This document shows, in pieces, positions 9,952 to 17,501 of a DNA stretch of 64,000 nucleotides. A program made the position numbers and the translations under genes. This DNA comes from Clostridia bacterium (GTDB taxonomy: Bacteria; Bacillota; Clostridia; UBA1212; UBA1255): positions 28,852 through 92,851 of the forward strand of contig JBKUJR010000002.1 of NCBI GenBank assembly GCA_046952735.1. The letters are read 5' to 3'. The first letter of the stretch is position 1, and each line of letters opens with the position of its first letter. The notes beneath the pieces were generated by a model, which did no database searches, was not told the DNA's origin, and was given only the letters and a program-made list of their open reading frames with translations.

Positions 9952-10136
9952 ATAATCCGTTTCCTCCCAATATATTGATTCATCGTATTATGATACAACT
10001 TTTCGTCTGTTTTTGTCAATTGCGGAATGCCTATTTACATTTTTCTTTTTCTTTTCAAAGTCTTTGCTACTTTTCTTTGTTTTCTCTACCCTATCTGTGA
10101 AACCGGACAAATTGTGTCCGCATAAAAATTTTTTTC

Positions 10137-10145
10137 TGATATAAT
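10137..10145 (+). promoter_or_regulatory. extended -10 promoter element (TGATATAAT) for the downstream EVE-like gene
   Basis: TGnTATAAT about 28-58 nt upstream of the candidate start codons (10173 or 10203). No good -35 element was found. Confidence 0.35.
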
Positions 10146-10172
10146 GGTTTTGGTACATAAAACAGGAAGAAT

Positions 10173-10610
10173 GTGCTGTGTTCTCCAAATTGTAAAGGGG
10201 CGTTTATGATGATGAAAAAAGAAATTGACCGGCGCGGCCAAAAAAACTGGATTGTTCCCGCAAATCCAAAATATTATGATTTAGAAAAAGCTTTTTCTGA
10301 AAGTGAAAGCATTCTTTGGAAACAGAGCAGCCGCATATCTGTCGGAGATACCGTCTATTTATATGTTGCCGCACCTGTTTCCGCAATTTGCTATAAATGC
10401 CAGGCAATTGAAGTCGATATCCCCTATGACTATGACGATGGAAAAATACGCATGCGCCATGTTATGCGGCTGAAGCTGATAGAACGATATGCGCCGACGC
10501 TGTTCCCTTTTGACAAGCTGAAAATTTATGGGATTTTTGCTGTTCGCGGCCCGCGCAGCATGCCAGACAGCCTGCTGTATGTAATAGAGAACAGAAGCCG
10601 GGAGACATAA
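10173..10610 (+). CDS. small PUA-like (EVE/ASCH-type) domain protein, 135-145 aa
   Basis: NWIVPANPKYYDLEKAF ... ISVGDTVYLYVAAPVSAI resembles EVE/ASCH PUA-like beta-barrel proteins. The probable start is MMMKKEID at 10203, behind an AAAGGGG RBS. Confidence 0.45.
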   Translation: MLCSPNCKGAFMMMKKEIDRRGQKNWIVPANPKYYDLEKAFSESESILWKQSSRISVGDTVYLYVAAPVSAICYKCQAIEVDIPYDYDDGKIRMRHVMRLKLIERYAPTLFPFDKLKIYGIFAVRGPRSMPDSLLYVIENRSRET

Positions 10611-10752
10611 TCCGCAGAATCGGCAGCACGGCTGCGCCTCAAGGAAAGCGCGCTTTGCTGCAGTCCCATTCCGATCATATACATCACGGGAATCTCAGGA
10701 TCAAAAGCTCAGTTCGGATATACTCCTGATATTTCAGTTGATCGGCTTTCCT

Positions 10753-11043
10753 CTATGCAAGGAGCATGCTGATGATTGCGGAAATGAGCCCGCCGGCAAG
10801 CGCCGCAATGATCGCCGTAGTAATCTGCTGCATTCGCTGCTTCGGCTGGTTTTCAATCGCATCGATCTTCTGCTCATGTCTTGCAAGATGTTCGTTTGTG
10901 TGTTTGAGTTCTGTTGCGAGCGTAACCAACGCTTCGTTCATGGAACGGATTTCGGCCTGTACCTCACGCAAATCGCGAATATCCCGTTCTAAAATTTTCA
11001 GTCTCTGTTCATAACGCTCCAAAATTACATTGATTTCATTCAT
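10753..11043 (-). CDS. XhlA-family protein (phage-type haemolysin/holin-associated coiled coil with C-terminal TM), 96 aa
   Basis: An N-terminal heptad-rich coiled coil followed by the single C-terminal TM ITTAIIAALAGGLISAIISMLLA. This architecture is typical of XhlA. Confidence 0.65.
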   Translation of the reverse strand: MNEINVILERYEQRLKILERDIRDLREVQAEIRSMNEALVTLATELKHTNEHLARHEQKIDAIENQPKQRMQQITTAIIAALAGGLISAIISMLLA

Positions 11044-11384
11044 ATATTTCTCCTTTCTTCGGCGGCAGCTTTATTGTAGCTGTTAATGTGGTAAGCATCC
11101 GACCGCTTTAGAAAAGTTTTTCCTATATTTTTTCACAAAACAATTTAGCGGTAGTTGATTTCAAGAATCAGCGCGCACAATAACTATCCCCTGTGGCAAT
11201 CGCTGTTTTTCACCGCCGTTCTTAAAATCAATCTTTCCGTTCGTCTAAGATTTCCGTTTTCTCTTCTGGCAGCAAGTGCGTAAAATCGGGGGGGTACTGA
11301 ATTGATATAGGATTACTGTTCGATCGTTCACCTGAAGAAATCCGCCGGCGCGAAGCAAAGAAATTTCACCGATCACACCGGTTT

Positions 11385-11966
11385 TCATGGCATTCCCCAG
11401 AACAGTCTGTTGTATTTTTGCAGCCGTTCGAAAAAGCGTCCCGATTTACTGCCGCCCTTACCGATTCGGTGAATCATCTGGTTCCAATTTTCAAGAAACC
11501 CGATCCGCATCAAAAAAGAAGCAACGTCCTGTAAAAGCTTATTCGCCTCATTTTCTCTTCCCGGCAGATATTCGATCTCGAGTTCAAAATCAACCATGCC
11601 AAGATAGTTGTTTTTATCCAGATAGAAATCGACGCCGTCGCTGTGCAGTTCCGCTCTTTCTGTGACCAGAAAGCCTTTATATGCTGCACGTACGTCTCCA
11701 AACGGAAAAGAATCCGTGACAGAAGATACGGCTGCCGAGAGTTCTTCACTGCTGTCTGAATCCGGTAAATGACTTTTCTTCGTAGCTTGAAACTTTCCGT
11801 CCTTTTCCCGGATCCGGCAGGTAACGCCGCTGCGGTGCAAAGCATAGTCCTCCGTATCGTAGTAATGATTCGTCTGATACGTCCTGCACGCATTTTCAAA
11901 AAAATGTTTGAGCAGCGCCGCATACTCCTTCTGTGTCAGCAAAATTTTCTTTTCTCTTTCAATCAT
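11385..11966 (-). CDS. CYTH-domain (triphosphate tunnel metalloenzyme, CyaB/ThTPase-like) protein, 193 aa
   Basis: N-terminal EREKKILL (the CYTH EXEXK-type signature), later ExE (FELEIEY) and acidic tunnel residues. Its start overlaps the ligase stop by 4 nt. Confidence 0.7.
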   Translation of the reverse strand: MIEREKKILLTQKEYAALLKHFFENACRTYQTNHYYDTEDYALHRSGVTCRIREKDGKFQATKKSHLPDSDSSEELSAAVSSVTDSFPFGDVRAAYKGFLVTERAELHSDGVDFYLDKNNYLGMVDFELEIEYLPGRENEANKLLQDVASFLMRIGFLENWNQMIHRIGKGGSKSGRFFERLQKYNRLFWGMP

Positions 11967-13342
11967 TTTCTCGTCCTCCTTCTGATAAGTTTTCCCGAAC
12001 CGTTTTTCTCCAGTTGATCTGCAAGTTCAATTTTAGATGGAATCTGATAAGGCGGAAGCAGCGCCCTACATAAATCTTTGGCTTCCGCTGCCGATGCAAA
12101 ATCCCCAACAAGCTTCAAGCCGATCTGCGTACCCAGCCTCGGATGTTCAAATCCGAAAGCGATAGCCTCGCGTACTCTTGCATCCGACAGCAATGCAGCT
12201 TCGATCTCCTGCGGATAAATATTCATACCGGCCCGGATGATGAGATCATCGTTGCGCCCTTTGATTCGGAGCAGTCCGTTATCGCTGATTTCCGCTAGAT
12301 CACCGGTGCATAGCCACCCATTCCGAAGTACCTTTGCCGTTTGCTTCGGATTTTTATAATATCCGAGCATAACATTCTCACCTTTTATCCACAAAAGTCC
12401 GGTTTTATTTCCTTCAACAGGCTTTCCGGACTCATCGCAAATCCGGATCGATATCCCGTTCAGCGGTTTCCCGACGAAAGATCCATAATCGGCAAAGAGA
12501 GAAGGATGCAGATAGCTGACTCTCGGGCAGGCTTCCGTTAATCCGTAAACATGATAAATGTCGGCGTCCCGGAAAGCGGAAGCGATTCTTTTACCGACTG
12601 CTGCATTCATACACTCGCCGCTGACGGCGATATGCTTCAACGTGCTTGTCTGTCCCTTTCTCATAAATCGGGACATCGTATCAAGCAGCGTCGGCGTTGC
12701 GCAAAAGACGGTGATCTTTTTATCCCGGATCACTTTAAAAATTTCTGAAGGATTAAACGCCTCCGAGTAAAATTCGATTCCGCTCCCCTTTTCAATCGCG
12801 GTCAGAAACTCGCCGGTCAGCACGGCGCAGTGATAAAGCGGCCTCGCAATCAGTATCCGATCTTTGTCACCGATTCCGAAGTATGCGGAAATAGCCCGTA
12901 CATTTGCAACGATGCTCCATTCGCTGAGCATCGCTCCCTTTGGGACTCCGGTCGTACCGGAGGTACACATAATCACAGCCGGATGCGCTTTCGGTGCTTC
13001 ATAGGAATACTTGCCGTAATGTAGCACCATAAGTTCGCCATACGTATCCGTGATCATACAGCTCGGACTGATGAACTCGAGAATTTTCCGGCAATGCGCC
13101 TCCCCGTACCGCATGGACAGCGGCACTGCAGTGATATCAGCCGCAAAGCAGCTGAGCAGCGCCATAGCCGCCGCCATCTCCGAACGGCACAGAATTGCAC
13201 AACACGTTTCACCCTCTAACCGTTTTGAGAACGATTCGGCAAAAACAACAAGTTCTTCAAAATTCATTTCTGCAGTATGCTCGCTCATTCTCTGCGACGG
13301 ATGCAGAAGCAATGAATTTTTGATGTGATTCCACAGTTCCAC
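11963..13342 (-). CDS. acyl-AMP ligase / adenylate-forming enzyme (ANL superfamily), 459 aa
   Basis: Adenylation core motifs: TSGTTGVPKG, YGLTE, GDLAEISDNGLLRIKGRNDDLIIRAGMNIYPQEIE, and a C-terminal GSGKLIRR Lys. Confidence 0.85.
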   Translation of the reverse strand: MELWNHIKNSLLLHPSQRMSEHTAEMNFEELVVFAESFSKRLEGETCCAILCRSEMAAAMALLSCFAADITAVPLSMRYGEAHCRKILEFISPSCMITDTYGELMVLHYGKYSYEAPKAHPAVIMCTSGTTGVPKGAMLSEWSIVANVRAISAYFGIGDKDRILIARPLYHCAVLTGEFLTAIEKGSGIEFYSEAFNPSEIFKVIRDKKITVFCATPTLLDTMSRFMRKGQTSTLKHIAVSGECMNAAVGKRIASAFRDADIYHVYGLTEACPRVSYLHPSLFADYGSFVGKPLNGISIRICDESGKPVEGNKTGLLWIKGENVMLGYYKNPKQTAKVLRNGWLCTGDLAEISDNGLLRIKGRNDDLIIRAGMNIYPQEIEAALLSDARVREAIAFGFEHPRLGTQIGLKLVGDFASAAEAKDLCRALLPPYQIPSKIELADQLEKNGSGKLIRRRTRK

Positions 13343-13418
13343 TTTTCATTTCCCCCTTTCTCTTTTCTGTAAATTCCTGAGACAGCGTTTTTTCTTTGGA
13401 ATGACCGCCAATGTAAAA

Positions 13419-13670
13419 TCATACCGTTTCATACAAATCACCTGTATACCTTTCCGCCAGCGCAATCACATCTCCGGCAGATATCAGATCATATGGATTC
13501 ATATCCGATTCATCCAGTTCAATTGCAAAAGCATCCTCCAGTTCCAGCAAAAGCGTTACCATGCACAAGCTGTCAAGCCCCAAATCGCCCTGCAAAGCGC
13601 TGCCTTCCGCCACCTCGTCCATGTCGCTGAGTTCTTTCAGAATCTCAATCACGTTTTCTTTAACATCCAT
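13419..13670 (-). CDS. acyl carrier protein (phosphopantetheine-binding), 83 aa
   Basis: The DSL phosphopantetheine attachment motif (LGLDSLCMVTLL) in an acidic four-helix ACP-like sequence. Its start overlaps the upstream kinase gene by 11 nt. Confidence 0.8.
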   Translation of the reverse strand: MDVKENVIEILKELSDMDEVAEGSALQGDLGLDSLCMVTLLLELEDAFAIELDESDMNPYDLISAGDVIALAERYTGDLYETV

Positions 13671-14304
13671 CCTTGAGCGCCACCTCTCTGATTTTCTGTT
13701 TCACAAGCGCATAACTTTCATCCAGTGTCAGTACCGTGGAAATCAAAACGCCGTCATTCGCTCTGCAAATATCCCGATATTCTTTCCGTAATCTGTGCTG
13801 AAGAGCGATATCGATATATCTGTCTTTTTCCGCCGGACGGCTGCGGACGCGGGAGATCGCCTCAGCAACCGGCAAGTCAAAGAAAAACGCAATATCGGGT
13901 TCTATCACTGATTCCGCGATTTCGTAAATCCACTGATCGCTTTCAAAACCTCTGGCTCTGAGATTAGCAAGACAAGAGTAAAAATACCTGTCGCTGAGTA
14001 CGATCTGTCCCTGTTCCATTGCCGGTTCGATGACCTTCTTCCCATGCTGCACCCGGTCGCTTGCCGCAAGCAGAGACAGGCTGCGGTAATCGAATGCATC
14101 ATGGTTCGGGGAATCCATATAGGTGCGGAAAATCGCCGACTGTCTGACGAAATCTGTGGGCTGCCTGGTCAAAAATACCTGATGCGCTCCTTCGAGCTCT
14201 TCCATCAGCCGACGAATTATGGTCGTCTTTCCGCAGCCGTCCAGTCCGCAAAAGGTGATCAGTTTCCCTTTTGTTTGATTTTTACGCATATGCAACCGAT
14301 TCAT
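13660..14304 (-). CDS. thymidylate-kinase-family P-loop kinase (dTMP kinase-like), about 205-214 aa
   Basis: P-loop FCGLDGCGKTT, a DRY motif (LSDRYFYS) and a lid-region Arg, as in Tmk. Its start abuts the NTase stop. Confidence 0.7.
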   Translation of the reverse strand: MNRLHMRKNQTKGKLITFCGLDGCGKTTIIRRLMEELEGAHQVFLTRQPTDFVRQSAIFRTYMDSPNHDAFDYRSLSLLAASDRVQHGKKVIEPAMEQGQIVLSDRYFYSCLANLRARGFESDQWIYEIAESVIEPDIAFFFDLPVAEAISRVRSRPAEKDRYIDIALQHRLRKEYRDICRANDGVLISTVLTLDESYALVKQKIREVALKDGC

Positions 14305-15384
14305 TTACTCCACCTCCTCAAGAAGAACGGTTCTGTCTTTAGAAAAAAATCTTTCCAGAACCGACGGTTCGGTATAGCGCAGAAGCTTTTTATCCTTTGG
14401 AGAGAGAACAATATCTAAAATATCCGTACTTCCGCCAAGCGCTCTTCTTGCCGCTTTTACGGCAGCTTCATTCACACTCTTGAACAATTGCGCCGTTTGC
14501 AGAATTGAAAAAGCACAGATATCTGCCATGTGAAGCTCCTCCGCCCGCGTAAAAATGCGCCCGATCGCATCATCAGACAGATCGTAAAGCAGCATATAGA
14601 TATCGCAGTATTTATAGAGGCTCATATCACGCTTCATCTGTACCCATGGCAGCGTCGCCGCTTCTTTATGCAGGTGCCCGCAGAGATGGAGAAAGAAGTC
14701 TTCCTCACAAAGAGTCTGTACATTCAGGTCCTTTACAGCAATCTCCTTTGCTTTGGCAAGCATTCTTTTCAGCGTTTCAATATCGCCGTTCTTGTAATCC
14801 AGTGAAAAATTCAGATCCACCTCGAGATATTTCAGCATGGGCAGATTGATCTCTAAAATATACGGAACCGTTTCTCCCCGCATCATCCGCGATTCGATGA
14901 TTTCTTTTCTGGTGGCAGGGACAAATTCTCCGCTTTTGATTTCACCCTGGCGGAATCCTGTATTCGATAGTACGCTGCCGATTTCCGTGATATCTTCCGG
15001 CAAAAGCAGCAGATCGATATCATTTGAAGTACGATAACCCTCGGGATACTTTTTACAGAGGACCGCTCCTTTCAGCATTGCATATTTGTCCGCTTTCCCC
15101 CGTAATACGCCTGAAAGATGTTGCACCGCGGCGAAAAAGCTCTTATTTTTCAATCTGTTCTGCTCCCATGCCGCTTTCAGAGAATTGCGGAATTCCCGAT
15201 TTACGTCTCCTAAGAGGTTGTTTTTCAGCAAGACTCCGTATGCGACGCCTTGCATGCGATTGAAGAAAAGCTGTCCTAAAACCGCAGGCGAAGCGCTGTC
15301 TTGCAAGAGAGCGGAAAGCTCATTTTTGTTTTCGTCCATAAAGCTGCATAGCTTTACAAACAATGTTTTTTCTTTGTTCGTCAT
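14305..15384 (-). CDS. pol-beta superfamily nucleotidyltransferase (uncharacterised NTP_transf_5-like family), 359 aa
   Basis: An hG[GS]...DxD-type motif (GYRTSNDIDLLLLPED) with the long alpha-helical C-terminal region typical of the PF14907-type 'uncharacterised nucleotidyltransferase' family. Confidence 0.55.
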   Translation of the reverse strand: MTNKEKTLFVKLCSFMDENKNELSALLQDSASPAVLGQLFFNRMQGVAYGVLLKNNLLGDVNREFRNSLKAAWEQNRLKNKSFFAAVQHLSGVLRGKADKYAMLKGAVLCKKYPEGYRTSNDIDLLLLPEDITEIGSVLSNTGFRQGEIKSGEFVPATRKEIIESRMMRGETVPYILEINLPMLKYLEVDLNFSLDYKNGDIETLKRMLAKAKEIAVKDLNVQTLCEEDFFLHLCGHLHKEAATLPWVQMKRDMSLYKYCDIYMLLYDLSDDAIGRIFTRAEELHMADICAFSILQTAQLFKSVNEAAVKAARRALGGSTDILDIVLSPKDKKLLRYTEPSVLERFFSKDRTVLLEEVE

Positions 15385-15402
15385 ATTCCTTTCCTATTCC
15401 TT

Positions 15403-15759
15403 TCAATGTACTGCTATCGGTTTTGTATATTTACCGATCATATTTTTTAAAAGCCCGGCCTCGGCAGGAGTGAGAAAGCACGGCCTCTTTTCGGAAGCAA
15501 GCCGATCTACTTTTTTCAAAAGTCCGATTTCATCCACCGACAAATACAGCCGGTCTACGGCATATCCGTCCGTCACATAAACGCCTCCGCCATACCGCCC
15601 TGTTTGCGTATAGATCGGCTCGACAGCGCTGAGCGCTTCGATATCCCGCCGGATCGTTCTCTCGGAAACGCCGAATTCAAACGCCATATTTTGTATTGTC
15701 TCATGCCTGCGCCGGCATAATAAAAGCATAATCTGCCGTCTTCTTTCGGCCGTTTCCAT
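15403..15759 (-). CDS. HTH_11/DeoR-N-type helix-turn-helix transcriptional regulator, 118 aa
   Basis: RRRQIMLLL...IQNMAFEFGVSERTIRRDIEAL is a typical HTH_11 winged helix. It is the first gene of the six-gene operon, behind a GGAGGGG RBS. Confidence 0.6.
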   Translation of the reverse strand: METAERRRQIMLLLCRRRHETIQNMAFEFGVSERTIRRDIEALSAVEPIYTQTGRYGGGVYVTDGYAVDRLYLSVDEIGLLKKVDRLASEKRPCFLTPAEAGLLKNMIGKYTKPIAVH

Positions 15760-15792
15760 TTGTTCCTCCCCTCCTTTCGTTTCTTATGGTAT

Positions 15793-15827
15793 CTTTTAAT
15801 CCGGACAGTTCCGGTCCGGATTAAAAG
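15793..15827. promoter_or_regulatory. perfect 14-bp inverted repeat (CTTTTAATCCGGAC-N7-GTCCGGATTAAAAG), a candidate operator
   Basis: Read directly from the sequence. The 3' arm ends 33 bp upstream of the HTH regulator ATG and overlaps the only plausible promoter region for the operon. Confidence 0.4.
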
Positions 15828-15981
15828 AGAGTGCTGAGATTTTTTAGGAAGAACCCCCGCGGGTCGTATCATGCAAAAAGGACCCGGCAAAATTGCAGAA
15901 AATCACCACGCAGGTGCTGCAGTTTTGCCAGGTCCTTCTTGATTTCTTAACAAGTCCGACTACTCTCTTCGGCTTAAAACG

Positions 15982-16179
15982 CTATTCTTTTATCAACAAA
16001 CCTCGATATGTTCTCTCTCTTGCGTCAACCTTTACGGTGACGCCGTCTCCTAAAAATGAAATTTTTAAGAGTTTCTTACATTTCGGACAATACGCATCGA
16101 TCTTTGAACCGCTGCTGCCCCGGAACAGGTTTCTTCCGCAAACAGGGCAGCTCGCCTTATACGCAACCTCATCTTCCAT
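15982..16179 (-). CDS. small Cys4 zinc-ribbon protein, Mu Com-like, 65 aa
   Basis: Two CxxC pairs (CPVCGRNLF ... CPKCKKLLKI) with the spacing and basic character of the Com translational-regulator family. Confidence 0.45.
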   Translation of the reverse strand: MEDEVAYKASCPVCGRNLFRGSSGSKIDAYCPKCKKLLKISFLGDGVTVKVDARERTYRGLLIKE

Positions 16180-16255
16180 ACCAGTTCTCCTTTCCGCGGC
16201 CGGCGTATCATTGTCACGCGGCGGCTAATAATTCCATACTTCTGATTCTTTGTTC

Positions 16256-16284
16256 TTGACAGAAGTTTATTTCTGTATTACAAT
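16256..16284 (+). promoter_or_regulatory. sigma-A promoter TTGACA-17-TACAAT upstream of the XRE repressor gene
   Basis: TTGACAgaagtttatttctgtatTACAAT, read directly. It lies 100 nt upstream of the XRE ATG. Confidence 0.55.
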
Positions 16285-16286
16285 CT

Positions 16287-16355
16287 TTATCGGAAGTTAT
16301 TTGCAGAATACTATATACCGTAATCGGAAGTTTGTCAACCAATAATCGGAAGTTT
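16287..16355 (+). promoter_or_regulatory. three direct repeats of TAATCGGAAGTTT (two perfect 13-mers and one 11/13), operator-like, between the promoter and the XRE gene
   Basis: Copies at 16287-16299 (tTATCGGAAGTTa), 16321-16333 and 16343-16355 (both TAATCGGAAGTTT). The last two are spaced 22 bp apart. GAAGTTT also occurs in the promoter spacer. Confidence 0.45.
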
Positions 16356-16383
16356 CTGCAAAATTTTATGGAGAGGTACTGTT

Positions 16384-16830
16384 ATGACATTCGGTGAAAA
16401 AATAAAACGGCTCAGACTGGCGCAGAATCTGTCTCAAATCAATCTGGCGGCAAAAACGGGGATTTCCGAACGCTCCATCTATACCTATGAACAAATGGGA
16501 ATCATGCCGAGAAGCGGCAATGTCCGCAAAATTGCCGAGGCGCTGAACGTATCCGTAAGTTATCTTTTAGATGAAGAAGAAACGGATCCGCGAAAAAATA
16601 TTGATCACGATATTTTTATTGCGAATGCGAAAAATGAATATGGCTATAAAGGCGCCAGGGAAGCTACGGATATTTTATCCCGCGCTTCCGCTTTGTTTGC
16701 CGGAGGAGAGCTCGACGACGCTGCAAAAGACTTGTTTTTTCAGTCTATCATGGAAGTCTATCTTGAATCCAAAGAGGAAGCGCGTGCAAAATTCACGCCG
16801 AAGCGCGTACAAAAGAAAAGAAACGACTGA
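16384..16830 (+). CDS. XRE-family HTH transcriptional repressor (phage cI/Cro-like), 148 aa
   Basis: N-terminal HTH_3 (IKRLRLAQNLSQINLAAKTGISERSIYTYEQ) and a C-terminal helical domain. A GGAGAGG RBS lies upstream. Confidence 0.85.
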   Translation: MTFGEKIKRLRLAQNLSQINLAAKTGISERSIYTYEQMGIMPRSGNVRKIAEALNVSVSYLLDEEETDPRKNIDHDIFIANAKNEYGYKGAREATDILSRASALFAGGELDDAAKDLFFQSIMEVYLESKEEARAKFTPKRVQKKRND

Positions 16831-16898
16831 TCCCGATGTTTTATCGTTATGTCTTGCGACGCTACCCTTCCATATAAGCGCATACAGGAGGATATGGA

Positions 16899-17501
16899 AT
16901 GCCACCGATTGAATACATTTCTCAAAAGGTCAACTCCCTGATTCAAAAATACGACACACGCAATCCTTTTGAGCTCTGCAAAAAACTGAATATAAAGGTT
17001 CATTACAAGGATCTCGGTTCCTCGATGAAAGCATTTTACTTTTATCAGTCGAGAATAAAGAACATCGTCATAAACTCCCGCTCCGAAAGAAGCGTTCACA
17101 AAATTCTTTGCGGGCATGAGCTTGGCCATGCCATTTTACATAACGAGATCGCGACTATGCGCGGGTTTCAGGAGTTTGAATTATTTGACTACACGCAGCC
17201 TGCCGAATATGAGGCGAACCTATTTGACGCCGAGCTTCTGATTGCAGACGAAGAATTGTTCGAACTTCTGAAGGATAAAGACAAGAGCTTTTATAACATT
17301 GCCAAAGAGTTATATGTTCCCGCCGAACTTTTGGACTTCAAATTCAGGATTTTAAAAGACAAAGGCTATCGCCTCGAAGCGCCTGATACCGCACATGCGG
17401 ATTTCTTAAAAAATGATATTGAAAACTATTGGAGCCTTCAGCCGGGATCGAACCGGCGACCTCATCCTTACCATGGATGCGCTCTACCTACTGAGCTATG
17501 A
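16899..17501 (+). CDS. ImmA/IrrE-family zinc metallopeptidase (anti-repressor protease), 200 aa
   Basis: HEXXH (HELGHAILH) within an M78/DUF955-type fold. It is the cognate partner of the upstream XRE repressor. The last roughly 24 codons run antisense through tRNA-Thr. Confidence 0.8.
   Translation: MPPIEYISQKVNSLIQKYDTRNPFELCKKLNIKVHYKDLGSSMKAFYFYQSRIKNIVINSRSERSVHKILCGHELGHAILHNEIATMRGFQEFELFDYTQPAEYEANLFDAELLIADEELFELLKDKDKSFYNIAKELYVPAELLDFKFRILKDKGYRLEAPDTAHADFLKNDIENYWSLQPGSNRRPHPYHGCALPTEL

Noticed and set aside
10102-10135. Hairpin CCGGACAaattgTGTCCG followed by A5T7, a possible terminator.
   Set aside because: The T-run is separated from the stem by 8 nt. No plus-strand gene ends there, and on the minus strand there is no T-tract. 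More likely part of the promoter region for the EVE-like gene.
9952-10172. A T-box riboswitch upstream of valS.
   Set aside because: I could not find the T-box consensus (AATTAGGGTGGNACCGCG) or a terminator/antiterminator pair on the minus strand. The leader is only about 220 nt and partly occupied by the divergent EVE-gene promoter.
10640-10670. 12-bp palindrome AAAGCGCGCTTT between the EVE-like and XhlA genes, a possible bidirectional terminator.
   Set aside because: No flanking T/A tracts, the stem has no loop, and the geometry is poor for an intrinsic terminator.
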